From positions 6,720,493-6,784,492 of the forward strand of contig CM055976.1 of NCBI GenBank assembly GCA_029531755.1: a stretch of 64,000 nt of DNA, read 5' to 3'. The notes beneath the pieces were generated by a model. The model worked only from the letters and a program-made list of their open reading frames with translations, had not been told where the DNA came from and did no database searches. This DNA is from Holothuria leucospilota. Lineage: Eukaryota. Shown here in pieces: positions 11,678-22,760 of the stretch (within the stretch, counting starts at the first letter, position 1; each line of letters opens with the position of its first letter). A program made the position numbers and the translations under genes.

Positions 11678-12633
11678 GTAAATGGAGTAATAATAGAAAA
11701 TGTTACAATAACTTACCCTTTATGTGTGAGTCAAATTAAGTCTGAAGTTATGTGTCTGGCAATGTCAGCACTGTCATATGAAACTGTATGCAAGGCAGTC
11801 AAACTCCTTTGTGGTAATGGTCAGGGTATTGCACTTGACAAACAACATTGTTGTTAGTATGTTACAGGGGTTGATACCTCATAGCATTGCAGTATGTGAA
11901 ATAAAATGTAGTTTTATGGTAGTTTTTTCCATGAGCATACAACTTACTGAGAAGGTGAAATCAGTAATGTTTATTGGGGGCATATCATCCTTGGAATGGA
12001 AAGGGGTTGGGATAGGTCATAGAACTACACAACTGACACACATGGCTGGAAACAAACCATGAAATATTGAAAAGCCCTGTTAGATACCAGCTTTTCAGTC
12101 TAATACAAACTTTACATTAAGCAAGTTTTATGTAAATTCATTTTTTCATACCATGATGCCTTTGACATCTATATTGTTAAAATATTCTATAATTGTTGAA
12201 GATTAACTTATACTGGCCACATATAACTGAACTTTATCGTCAATGTTGTTGGACATTCCTTAGTTTTCTGAAATGGAGTCAACCATGGCTTGGCGGGAGA
12301 CCTAATAATCTATTTCTATACTTACATTAAACATTTTCATCTTGTTATTAGCCTATCTATGCCAATTTTTTGCAGACATGATGATTTCCTAAAAGTTCTT
12401 GTGGCTGAAAAAAAAATTCCAATAGAGGAAGAATTATTAAGTTTGGCCACTCCCTTAAAACAAGGGACTGAAAACTAAGCTAGATTTTTGGGATTTGTGT
12501 AAAAGTAAGTTATGGAGATAGTACTGCAATGACTGTCATATTCCAAGTGCTGTAGTGCATATTGTTTAGATCTTAGCCTAAGTCTCTTGAGGTTATCAAA
12601 ATATTTAACCATGTTTTTTCTGCCTCATTCTAG

Positions 12634-14859
12634 CATCAACTTTTCAACAATGATGACCAGACCTCTATATCCCCTGAATCTCATGTCACAAAAAGTCAAC
12701 TCCTGCTGTTAGTCATGGCCTTTGTCATAAAACATCAGCTGACTGGCACCTGCCTTGAAGATTTACTGTCGCTTCTTAATCTTATTGTTCCTGGCAGCAT
12801 TTTAATGACCAAATATCTTTTTAACAAGCAATTCAGTAGTATAACTGAAATAGTTCAAAAACATTTTTATTGCAGCAATTGCTCGTTGTATCTAGGTATT
12901 CAGCCAGTGTTGGATGAATGTCCTGGTTGTAATTCTTTCTTCAGTTGTAGGGAAAATGAAAAAACAGGTTCATTTTTTCTTTACGTACCAATTGCAAATC
13001 AGCTTAAATCCCTTTTGGAAAAGCAAGGGATGTCAGACTTTTTTTATGAGGACCAATCACCTGCCGAAAGTTACCAGGACATTCATCAAGGCATTAAATA
13101 TAAAGATATGTTTCAACAAAGGTCTACATTTGATCTTTCTCTAGTGTTAAATTGTGATGGAGTGCCATTGTTTAAATCTTCTAAAACCTCTATTTGGCCT
13201 ATTCAAATCATGGTTAATGAACTTCCAAAAGAAAAACGATCCAAACACATCATTCTGTGTGGTATTTGGGTGGGAAATTCAAAGCCAGATATTGAAGTGT
13301 TTTTTCGTCCTATGGTAGATGAATTAAAGAAATTGGGGAGTGAAGGCTTTGAATGGCAAGATGATCAGGGGACTCATCTCAGTAGAGTTTTTTCTGCAGT
13401 ATTTTCATGTGATGCAGTAGCAAGATGTCTGTTGCAAAATTTTCATCAATACAATGGTTCATTTGGTTGTGGGACATGTTTTCATGAAGGAGAAACTGTT
13501 GAAAAGGGTATGGGGTTTACACGGGTTTATCCTGTGAGGGGGGTGGTGGAATGTCGCACAGCCCAAAATACTTTGGAAAGAGCAGTAGATGCTGTGAGAC
13601 TTAACATGGTCATTCAAGGAGTAAAAGGCCCTACAATTCTTTCTTTACTTCCAAAGTTTGACTTAATAGATGGCTTTGTTCCAGAGTATATGCATTCTGT
13701 TATTTTAGGTGTTGTCAGACAGTTTGCAACGCTATGGCTGGATTCTGAAAATCATGAAAAACCTTTTTACATCGGAAAATTCACATCTACATTATCAAAC
13801 CTTTTGCAGGCAATTAAACCTTGCAGTGAAGGGGATAGACTGCCACGTTGCATTTCTGAAAGAAAGTTTTGGAAAGCAACAGAGTGGCGTAATTTTTTAT
13901 TCTATTCACCTATATTATTGATTGGAATTTTACCAAATGTTTATTTGTCACATTGGTGGCTCTTAGTTTTTGCAATTAACAACTTAACTTCGTCAAGTGT
14001 ATCATCATTGATGATAAATGAAAGCAGAGCAGCTCTTCTGAAATTTGTAATTAAAATAGAAAGCCTGTATGGATTAGAACATGTTTCATATAATGTTCAT
14101 CAGTTAACTCATCTTTCACAGTATGTAACCAATTGGGGCCCATTATGGGCAACCTCAGCGTTTGCCTTTGAAAACAATAACCAGTTACTGAAAAAGTCTT
14201 ATCATGGAACAAAAGGCATAGCATCTCAGATTGTTAAAAATTCATTAATATGGAGTGAGCTTGATTCATTGTCTGAACTTTGTATTACCTCTGCAGAAGA
14301 GAGTGTGCAGTCATTTTACAATCAATTATCTCTAAGGGGTTGCAAGTTTATACATAAAGCCTACTATGTGTGTGAAGGTTGCACAGGACTGGGAAATCCA
14401 ACTGTAAGGTTTTTACATGATTGGGAAAAGGCTGCCTTGTGTGAAGTTACATCTATTACCGCCTTAAACTCGAAGGCATATTGTTTCAATCGTTTTGTAT
14501 TAATGAAGAAGCTGATTCATTCACAGGAATATAGCACCAATGTTAGACAAAATGACTCTGTTTTATCACTTTACAATGGAAAGTTTCTAGCAGTTCATAA
14601 CTTAGTTATTGTTAAGGAATCATTTCAGAACCCAGCTGATGTTGGCACTCCCTTCATTCTGGGGCAAGAACTGAAACCATCAAACTTTTCTGTTCGTGAT
14701 GCTGATGTCAATACTAATCTTGCTAGGTCTTACAGAAAAGTGTTATTTTCCGATGCATTGGTATGCAAACCAGGGGAATTCAAATGTAAGTGTTTAATGA
14801 TACCACATGAAAGAGGGAACTTCATCTTGGAGTGGCCAGGAAATGATTTGTCTGATTAA
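12634..14859 (+). CDS. En/Spm (CACTA)-superfamily Tnp2/Transposase_21-like transposase ORF, including the stop codon. It is 741 codons if entered at the candidate splice acceptor at 12633|12634, and 714 aa from the first Met at 12715.
   Basis: The ORF track gives 12715..14859. The reading frame stays open upstream to 12634, where the in-frame TAG is preceded by the strong acceptor tgttttttctgcctcattctag|C. The protein has an N-terminal Cys-rich finger (CSNCS...CPGCN). It also has the Tnp2 signature block LNCDGVPLFKSSKTSIWPIQIMVNELPKEKRSKHIILCGIWVGNSKPDIEVFFRPMVDELKKLGSEGFEW, recalled from the Transposase_21 family (compare DGFNPF..S.WPV..YNLPP...GP..PGNDIDV.L.PL.DEL..LW..G), followed by SCDAVARCLLQNF..YNGSFGCGTC (compare DAPAR....GH.G..GC..C). 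The C-terminal region resembles DUF4218. Confidence 0.65.
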   Translation, partial: HQLFNNDDQTSISPESHVTKSQLLLLVMAFVIKHQLTGTCLEDLLSLLNLIVPGSILMTKYLFNKQFSSITEIVQKHFYCSNCSLYLGIQPVLDECPGCNSFFSCRENEKTGSFFLYVPIANQLKSLLEKQGMSDFFYEDQSPAESYQDIHQGIKYKDMFQQRSTFDLSLVLNCDGVPLFKSSKTSIWPIQIMVNELPKEKRSKHIILCGIWVGNSKPDIEVFFRPMVDELKKLGSEGFEWQDDQGTHLSRVFSAVFSCDAVARCLLQNFHQYNGSFGCGTCFHEGETVEKGMGFTRVYPVRGVVECRTAQNTLERAVDAVRLNMVIQGVKGPTILSLLPKFDLIDGFVPEYMHSVILGVVRQFATLWLDSENHEKPFYIGKFTSTLSNLLQAIKPCSEGDRLPRCISERKFWKATEWRNFLFYSPILLIGILPNVYLSHWWLLVFAINNLTSSSVSSLMINESRAALLKFVIKIESLYGLEHVSYNVHQLTHLSQYVTNWGPLWATSAFAFENNNQLLKKSYHGTKGIASQIVKNSLIWSELDSLSELCITSAEESVQSFYNQLSLRGCKFIHKAYYVCEGCTGLGNPTVRFLHDWEKAALCEVTSITALNSKAYCFNRFVLMKKLIHSQEYSTNVRQNDSVLSLYNGKFLAVHNLVIVKESFQNPADVGTPFILGQELKPSNFSVRDADVNTNLARSYRKVLFSDALVCKPGEFKCKCLMIPHERGNFILEWPGNDLSD

Positions 14860-15666
14860 CTTAACTTCATAGCACTTCTGAAATGTAGTAACAAATAACT
14901 GGTACCAAAAGTACAATCTTGCTTCAGGCCAAGTAAAGTTTATAACAGTTCTTTTTTAAAACAAATTTCAGTACATGAGCTTTGAAAGCATGCAGTCTCT
15001 CTCCAAACGTATTTAGGGATGTGATCGTATCTATCTTCTCTTAATACATTGGGTGACTGCACCCTGATTGACCTTAATTCAAACAATAGCTTCTCTGGTT
15101 GGTCAATGATGAGTTATGCAGTCAGTAATGTCCCCAATTGCTTGCACACAGTATTGTGTGTATATGACCTTAAATTCAGTGCAAGTTACTGCAGTTTGTC
15201 TTGAAAATGTACTAGACAGGTGTTTCTTGTAGAAAGCAGAAGAGTGCTAGAAGTATACTTTATGGTAAGGAGAATTTTTCTGACTGGGTGTCAGATTGTA
15301 GGGCCTTCAGTTACATATTTTTGGGAGGTATGAGCTGTTTGGAGGTCTGTAGAGTTTGTACAGACTTTCCAGTACATATAACTGCAACAGAGAAATGATG
15401 TATCCTTTCCTTACTCATGTCATGAGATAATACATTATAAGAACAGTAATGTTAGCTCACATGGGTACATATGAGGTCAAGGAATACCTGGTTTAGCATA
15501 GCAAAATGCTCCTCAAATGAGTTTGATTGCTGTACAATTTATGAAATGAATAGCAGTTTTTGTGCACAAAACGCCATGAAGAATTCCATTTGGCCAAAAC
15601 AACAATTTTATTAATTTTTGTGCAATTTTATTTGGAAGCTGATTTTTAAGCCCATTTTATTGCTTT

Positions 15667-15720
15667 TTCAACACACAGTTGTGTGTGTGTGTAAGTGTAT
15701 GTGTGTGTGTGTGGGGGGGG
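15667..15720. repeat. (GT)n and (TG)n microsatellite ending in a (G)12 run
   Basis: Seen directly: gtgtgtgtgtgtaagtgtatgtgtgtgtgtgtgggggggggggg. Confidence 0.9.
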
Positions 15721-18639
15721 GGGGTACAGTAAAATAGGAGCTGCAAACAGAGATATTGGTAAAATTGGCTGATGGGATACAACCTTAGTAAAAAGAAATT
15801 TTCCTTTTATGTGGAGTTTTTAGTCAACTGGTGATTTTGAAAGCTATTGTACAGCATTCCATAAGTTAAAGATTGTCTTTGAAAAAGGACTGCCACTTGA
15901 GGCACTACAATGGGTCCATCGTCAAGGATCCAGTCACAGTATGTAACATTCAGACTAGTGCACCCGTGAAAGGGAACCTTTGAACCCCCCCCAGCAAAGT
16001 CTTCATTTGACAACGATACGACGTCAAATCTTTGACAAACAAAATGACCTGAAATGTGAACTCTTCGACGAACAAAAATAAGGCTGCAGTGAATCTGCAA
16101 CAAACAATTGCAGCTAAAGGGTGAATCAATGTCGAATCAACATTGAAAAATAGTCAGCAGACAATCACAACATGTGCAGTACTGCGGAAGGCATGGCCAA
16201 ATTGGTGAATCTTCGACTTATAAAAATTGATGAAAAGTGAAAACTCAGTGAATTTTTTTGCCTTTAACTTCTCTTCATGCAGTATTGTGAATCAGGGGTG
16301 AATCTGCTTAAAAATTTTCATAAAAAAGTGAATACCTGTGATTGCTTGTGGTTAGGTGAGGTGAGGGGGTTGCACGTTCTTTTTGACGGTTGCATGAAAG
16401 CAAAAGTTAAAAATAGGCCTTTCTGTAATTGTACGCCTTGATAGTACATTCATGGTTGTTTCTGGAAACTGATTTAATTGCCTAAGGTATTGAAAATCTA
16501 GAATACATTCATGAAAGTTTATTATCTAACAATGTACAGAGCTAACTGTTAATAAACCCGTTAAACTTGTTTGTCAAGTGCCTGTTGAATGTTGTAGATG
16601 TCAGAAAATTTGCAGTAAATGCCACTATTTTCATTGCTTTCTGTGTAAAAATTAAGCTATTTAACATTTTCATTCGAGCAAATGTTTGAGTATCCAGTGT
16701 ATCTTAACACTTAACGCCTATGTATGGATCTGTAAGTAGCATTGTAAGGTGAAGTTTTCTCACTTGTTAAGTTGTTTTCAAATATGCCAATATAAAAGAT
16801 GGCCCACTAGCAATTGGGACAGTTTTGAGTGCTATTGAGTGCCAAATATTCAGCCTTATTTTCAGCAGATGGTTTCATGTAGATATGCAGAAAAATGGGA
16901 CAGATTTTGAAAACTGTAACTTTTGGATAATAATGCATGAGGAGATCCAAAGCCAAACTAGAATAACTGTATTTGTTTGTAAACACATTTCATTGTGGTA
17001 AGCAGTACAAGTGGTGGTTTCTTGTTACTGTAGAATTTAAAAGGAAAGTTCTACAATTAGTGAACAAGTTGCAAAGTGGAAGCCGAGACTAGTTGACTTG
17101 TAAAGGGCAAACTGGTAGGTTTTTGGGGGCGAACTGGTAGTGAGGCAAAATGACTGTAAACCATCTAGTGGGTGGTCAGGACCTTGATCGATGTTCCTGA
17201 CATTCACTGGGTTTTAAACAACTCCTCGTGTACTTTACCTCCGTGGCTGGTCCTTGGACATGAGGATTTTGTCTTCGTCATTTAACATTACTCCCAGTAG
17301 TTGACAACACATGGCAGATGCAAACTGTAATAACAGTGACCTTCTATTGTAGAGTGTGCTTCTTCTTTGAAATGTAGGACATTGCAGAGATGTGGCTGCA
17401 GTGGCCAGTGTTGGCCGGCTATAAACCCCAAGCCTGTAGCTATGGGAGGGTGGGCTAGGGGCTTGTGGTACCCTCAACAAATTTTGCCTCCTAGATAATT
17501 AAATCTTGTGTGCAAAGATACTATGCTTAAAAACCACATTATTTAAAAAGTTGCAGGTACATTTTTGAACAGCAAATGTTGTGATGAATCACATAAAAAC
17601 CCCATGTTATAATAATGGTCACAGTGTGATTGTCTACCAAGGCTTGTGACAATGGCCGAAATGTAAATGCAATGATGTGCCATGAAAAAACATGTAACTT
17701 GATTGAAGATAGATCTAATGTTGCATTGACCTTACTTCACATGGGACAGTTGTGAAAATGTTTAGCCCCACTTGCTTGTAAGGGAAACTAGCCCTTCTTT
17801 GGAATATCTGTTTGTCATCCTTGGACCCCATCGTGTTATTGCGTGAATGGTGGATGTAAATTAATTGTTGATGGGAGAACTGAACCATTTTGGGGTTTAG
17901 AAATAGGATCTTTTAAGGCCAGGGAGAATGAAGTACTTTCATGATGCTAAGTGAGAACTATAATCCTTATTCTTCTGACGTTACAGAACAGAAAATGCTT
18001 CCTCTAATGGAGTCAAGCGGTATCATTACAACCTACACCAACAAATGCGGGCAGCTAATTTTTGTACTGATCATATGCGTGTGCGAAGTTTACGTCGTGT
18101 GTACCGTATTCTTCACAGTTTACCCTCGAAATGAAATGTGTGATGTCGGTGAATAAAGTGCATTAATTGTATACATGCATATGCTCAGCTCAAGCATCTT
18201 GCTTTACGAACTCCTCGCAATGACCTCTTTCATAATTAAATGTGGTTTTATTTTTGTTTTGAAAATGTAAGAGCCAAGAACTCAAATAAATCATAGTCTT
18301 TTGATGTGATCCAGAAAGCTATGTATGTTGAATCTTTCTGTAGATGTTACTTGAATAAATGTAGCAAAACAGAATTTGTATGGTTTTCTCCATTTTTTTT
18401 TTTTTTTTTGTTTGTATTATGCATGTTTACCAGGGCACTGATCTTTTGTGAATAAGCTGCTTTCCCTGGCTATAAAATTCCTTCCACTGTTTTCTTTACA
18501 TGAATGGTTAAGGGCAACATTTTCTCCCATTGAAATCTTTTGCACCTTCATTTGTCTATTATCAAACCATTATGCAGCTTTTATACATCCCTATCCCCAT
18601 TTACCCCCTTCCACTCAAGTGATGTAACAAAGGATAAAA

Positions 18640-18960
18640 CTTTACTTTCCTACCATCTCATCATGGTAAAACTGTAGTAAGGATGCTGGATTTTTACCAT
18701 GGTAAAACCATGGTAAAAAGGGGGTAAATTTACCATGGTCTGTTTAACTACATATTTACCATCATTTTACCATAGTAAAGTCCATGAAAACTTCTAATCT
18801 AAAATTTACCACATTTTTACCACATATTTACCATAGTAAAACCATGGTAAATAGAGGGTAAAATCTGTCAGATCATTTTTACTACACATTTACCACCATT
18901 TACTACATTTACTATACTTTTACCATGGTAAACCATGGTAAAAGTATAGTAAATTTTTAG
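18640..18960. repeat. cluster of TTTACCATGGTAAA-type palindromic short repeats
   Basis: The motifs taccatggtaaa, accatagtaaa and ttaccatgg occur more than 15 times within 320 bp, on both strands because the motif is palindromic. Confidence 0.7.
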
Positions 18961-19405
18961 CTGGGAGTACTGGTGGGTGTTGCTTTCCAGTCCTGCACCC
19001 ATAGCCTGACCATGAACAAAACTGGCCTCATTATGCTAGGCCTAAAGTATAGTGGGTGGTTTAAAGTTTACACAGGGTCCAAGTTCAAACACCTCTTACA
19101 AATGCCCCATTATTCACTGAGTAAAAGTGAAGTAGGACTTATATAGCCAATTTGCAGGAAAATAAAAAGCAACTAACATTAGGCCTAGGCCTAGAGTAAT
19201 ATTTAACAGTGAAATTAACTTGTAGGCCTAGGCCTATTTGACCATATATGGGGCCCAGGTCTACTACAAATTTAATTAGGGCCTACAAATTTACTGGTTG
19301 ATAAGCAACATAAAATTGGCTGCAATTCAATTTTTATGTGTTCCAGTTTTGCTTGGAGCCTAGTCTAGGGCGGCCTACCACCATATCCAATCGTCTTTTC
19401 CCACG

Positions 19406-20141
19406 GTCCTTGTCCTGTCTACACAAAATTTCCGTTCATTAGCCGGTCTGCCAGCAGACCGGCATTCCTCACAGCTTCAAATATTCACCTATAATTACCT
19501 TACTTTCCATGAACGTTCTTTGTCATTGCATCTATGCTTCTTGACCAGTTTTTCTTGAAATAGAGGGGAGCAAGAAGATGAAATTTGGAGGAAAAAACTG
19601 ACCTTAACACTAAGTCAGTTACAAGCTTTTAGAGTGTCCGTGCAGTCACATGACTGACTTCCCTGTAAAAAGTTGTAACCAGGGTAGTATGCAAATGGAT
19701 ATAGTATGTCGTATAGATGCACATTTTTCGACTTTGGAGAAAATATTTGCATATTAGAAATGGATCTTCACCTCAGACCGGTAGATATTGACTTTAAAAT
19801 CTGAAATCAAGAAAATGTAACAAAATTTAAGGAAATCCTGCAAATAATTTTAGGAAATTGGACATCAAAATGTGGAAGCGCTACCATGGGCCATTCTGAC
19901 AATATGGCTGCCATTTTTTGACGAACGTCGAAGCGAGTTTTGTGAGTTTTGGCCTTAGAACACACCTTTGAGCTGTGTGAATGCATATTTTTCTACAATA
20001 TAATGGTAATAAACAGAGTTGCATGGTTTTAGAATCGGAGAAATGACAATTAGTGTAGGAACGATCAATTTCTGATAAATTTTCCTCTCAAACCTGAACT
20101 GCGGGGTTTTTTGTGTAGGCAGGACAAGGACTCTAGTGCGG
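19406..20141. mobile_element. putative MITE with ~27-bp TIRs and no clear TSD
   Basis: The left end ggtccttgtcctgtctacacaaaa (19406-) matches the inverted complement of ttttgtgtaggcaggacaaggac (20113-20141). Confidence 0.35.
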
Positions 20142-20451
20142 AGTAAAACAAAGTGTACGTAGCATAGAGACCTGTTCAAGGACTAATCTAGCCTAGCCTA
20201 GGCCTAGGCTAACAATAACTTATAGGCCTAACGTTAGGTCCTACCCCTACCCTAGTAGTCATTAAGATCTTCACCGAAGCCCCATGACTCACACGGGTAG
20301 GATATAACATGGGGGCCTGGCTACATTCCATTCAGATGGGCCAAAATGAATATTACTACATTACTAGTCTTTACGAGTATTTGTTTGGGCCTTATGTTAA
20401 GGTTAGTGTGTAGGCCTAGGCTATACTACTACACTATGTGGCCTAACAATA

Positions 20452-21085
20452 GCGACTTTTCGATTTCAGGACGGTAGACAAAGAGGACGGAACGCGCAGC
20501 AAAAAACTGGACTGCGCATGAGCAGAAGCGAGCATCACTCCGTCCTGTTGATTTTCAGGACGGTCGTTGACCGATTTAACGTTCGTTCTAGAAACAGGAC
20601 GGTGCAGGGGTTGTCATGGTAATTTCCCTCGTCCATAACCTATGTGTTTCTGTGACGTTAACTTTGAAGTTAGCTGTATGCAAACGTGCATCATTTGTTC
20701 ATGTGACACGCAAGCTTCTGACAAAAGTGAACATGACAAACAACAACAGTGCATATCTGTTAAAGCCATTTTAACGGATGATTCCGTGTTAAGCTAAGGA
20801 AAGCTATCTTGAGGTAGAAACTTTCACAATTTTATAAAATACCCAGTAACGATGGCGTCTCTAATCCCTGTGTAGTTTCGTCATTGTTACAACTTAGCGA
20901 TGAGTGTGGATGCTGACAAAGCACTGCAACTTAGTTAATAGATGGGCGTGTCATTGTTTTGTTGTCATTCTACAACACCGTCGTCTTTAAAATCGAAACG
21001 CCTTAAACGTCAGGACAGAACGCCGGGCGTGCGTGCGTTTAACTCTCCGTCCTCTTGCTCTACCGTCCTGAAATCGAAAAGTCGC
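20452..21085. mobile_element. putative Tc1/mariner-like nonautonomous element with a 26-bp TIR, flanked by TA on both sides
   Basis: The TIR is GCGACTTTTCGATTTCAGGACGGTAG, matching CTACCGTCCTGAAATCGAAAAGTCGC at the other end. TA sits at 20450-20451 and 21086-21087. There are subterminal caggacgg repeats. Confidence 0.4.
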
Positions 21086-21450
21086 TAATAACACTTGTGC
21101 TACTCCGACTCCGAGCTGTTTTCTGATCTTGATGTCCCATCAGCACCTTCAAATTTAGCTTTTACTGATTTTCTTCCACAAAAGATCTAGCGAATATGGC
21201 ACCCACGATTTTTCGGCCGTTATACAACAACCTCCGTTACTACACCAACGTATTTTCATTAAAATAAACTGTTTATTCTGAATCCTAAGTGGCAAAAGGT
21301 ACGATGTACATCGTTCGACGATGACTCGCTTGTTTGTGCGCGTGCTGCAATTGGACCTAAAATGGCGCCCTGTGAGGTGTGTCAGCAATTGACCAATCAG
21401 AATTGGTCCCCCATTGGCCAAACTCTCTAAATATACGGCTCTGGTTCCTA

Positions 21451-22121
21451 CAAAGATATTATAAGCATAGATTCCAAACTCCTATACCTACACTGTTACG
21501 CTCAGTGACTCCTCATGGAGACGTATATATCGGGGCGGAAATGTAAATTTGACATACGCGTCGTTCTATTCCGTCATCTGCGTACAAAAATAAGAACGCG
21601 TCACAGAAAATTTCATTGTTAAAAGAGTTTAGCGTGCGTGCACGTTTACAACGCGTTCTATAGGCGCAGAATACATTTCTCTGTGTATTATCCGGAATAC
21701 TTGACGCACAGTTCTGCGCGCTCTGGAAACAAACGCGCTAGTTGCTTTCCCGTTATGAGCGCGTAAGTATATGAGCGCGCATATAAAAGTGCGTCACTTG
21801 AAGATACCATAGAAACTGACCAATGAATGTCGATGAACTTGAAAAACCAGTCATTGTGCGTTCATGTTCAAGTGTAAATACGTAGATGCCGCGTTGAAGA
21901 AATAAGTTATTCTTGTTTAAGTGGAATTTATTGAGGGGTAGTACTTCTCCAGTCAACAACATTCCGAAATAACAAGTATTAATACTTTTGTAAGCCATTC
22001 ATTTGCTTGTATGTTTTCAAAACGACTGAGCAGTGATCAGCACTTCCGCCCCGATATATTGGCCTCCATGGGGAGTCAACGCGCCATTTTAAGTTTGGAA
22101 TCTATGCTTGTAATATCTTTG
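21451..22121. mobile_element. nonautonomous hAT-like element, 671 bp, with a perfect 8-bp TSD GGTTCCTA
   Basis: The ~30-bp TIR CAAAGATATTA(T/C)AAGCATAGATTCCAAACT, which fits the hAT terminal consensus YARNG, is followed by a subterminal block of matching ends catggag.c..atatatcggggcggaa. The TSD sits at 21443-21450 and 22122-22129. A paralogue at 48905-49759 has a different 8-bp TSD. Confidence 0.6.
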
Positions 22122-22185
22122 GGTTCCTACTAGAGTCCTTTTATACGATATACTATATAGGAACCCTAGTTCTCACAAAGATATT

Positions 22186-22760
22186 ACAAAAATAGATCAC
22201 CCAATCCGGACAGTATATCATGTAAAAAAAGTTATATTATGCATGAGATGCAAGTCTCGAGAGGTGAATGTGATAAAGAACGGAACAAAACGTAAGGATT
22301 TGGTGCATAGATACCCCTAAACTCCTATACCTACACTGTAAGACGCGCTGACTCTGCATGAAGGCTCAATTACTGGGGAGATTTGATATGTGCGTCGTTC
22401 TATTCGATGATCGCGTACAAAACTAAGGATGCGTTACAGAAAATTCCATTGTTAAAAGAGTTGACGTGTGTGCACATTAACAACGCGTTCTATACGCGCA
22501 TAATACATTTCTCTGTGAATTGTCCGGAATAATTGACTCACACTACTGCGCTTTTGGAAAACGAACGCTTTGGTTGCTTTTCCGTTGTTTAAATGCATTC
22601 ATTATAAAGTGCGCTAGTGAAGATACCATAGAAACAGACCGATCAGTAGGTAGGTCTACATGAACTTCAAAGTCACTGTGCGTTAATTCAAAAGTACTTA
22701 TGTGGAAATCCTGGAAGACTGAGGAGAAAAGTGTTCCATGTAAGTGGAATTTATTGAGGA
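22186..22760. mobile_element. diverged partial copy of the same hAT-like MITE family, immediately adjacent
   Basis: It is collinear with 21451-22121 (acaaagatattacaaaaatagat..., taaactcctatacctacactgt..gacgcg.tgactc, gaagataccatagaaac.gacc) at roughly 80% similarity. Confidence 0.35.

Noticed and set aside
16080-16330. Cluster of about 8 GTGAATC motifs
   Set aside because: The sequence is AT-rich and the motif is short. Without statistics, the cluster cannot be distinguished from chance.
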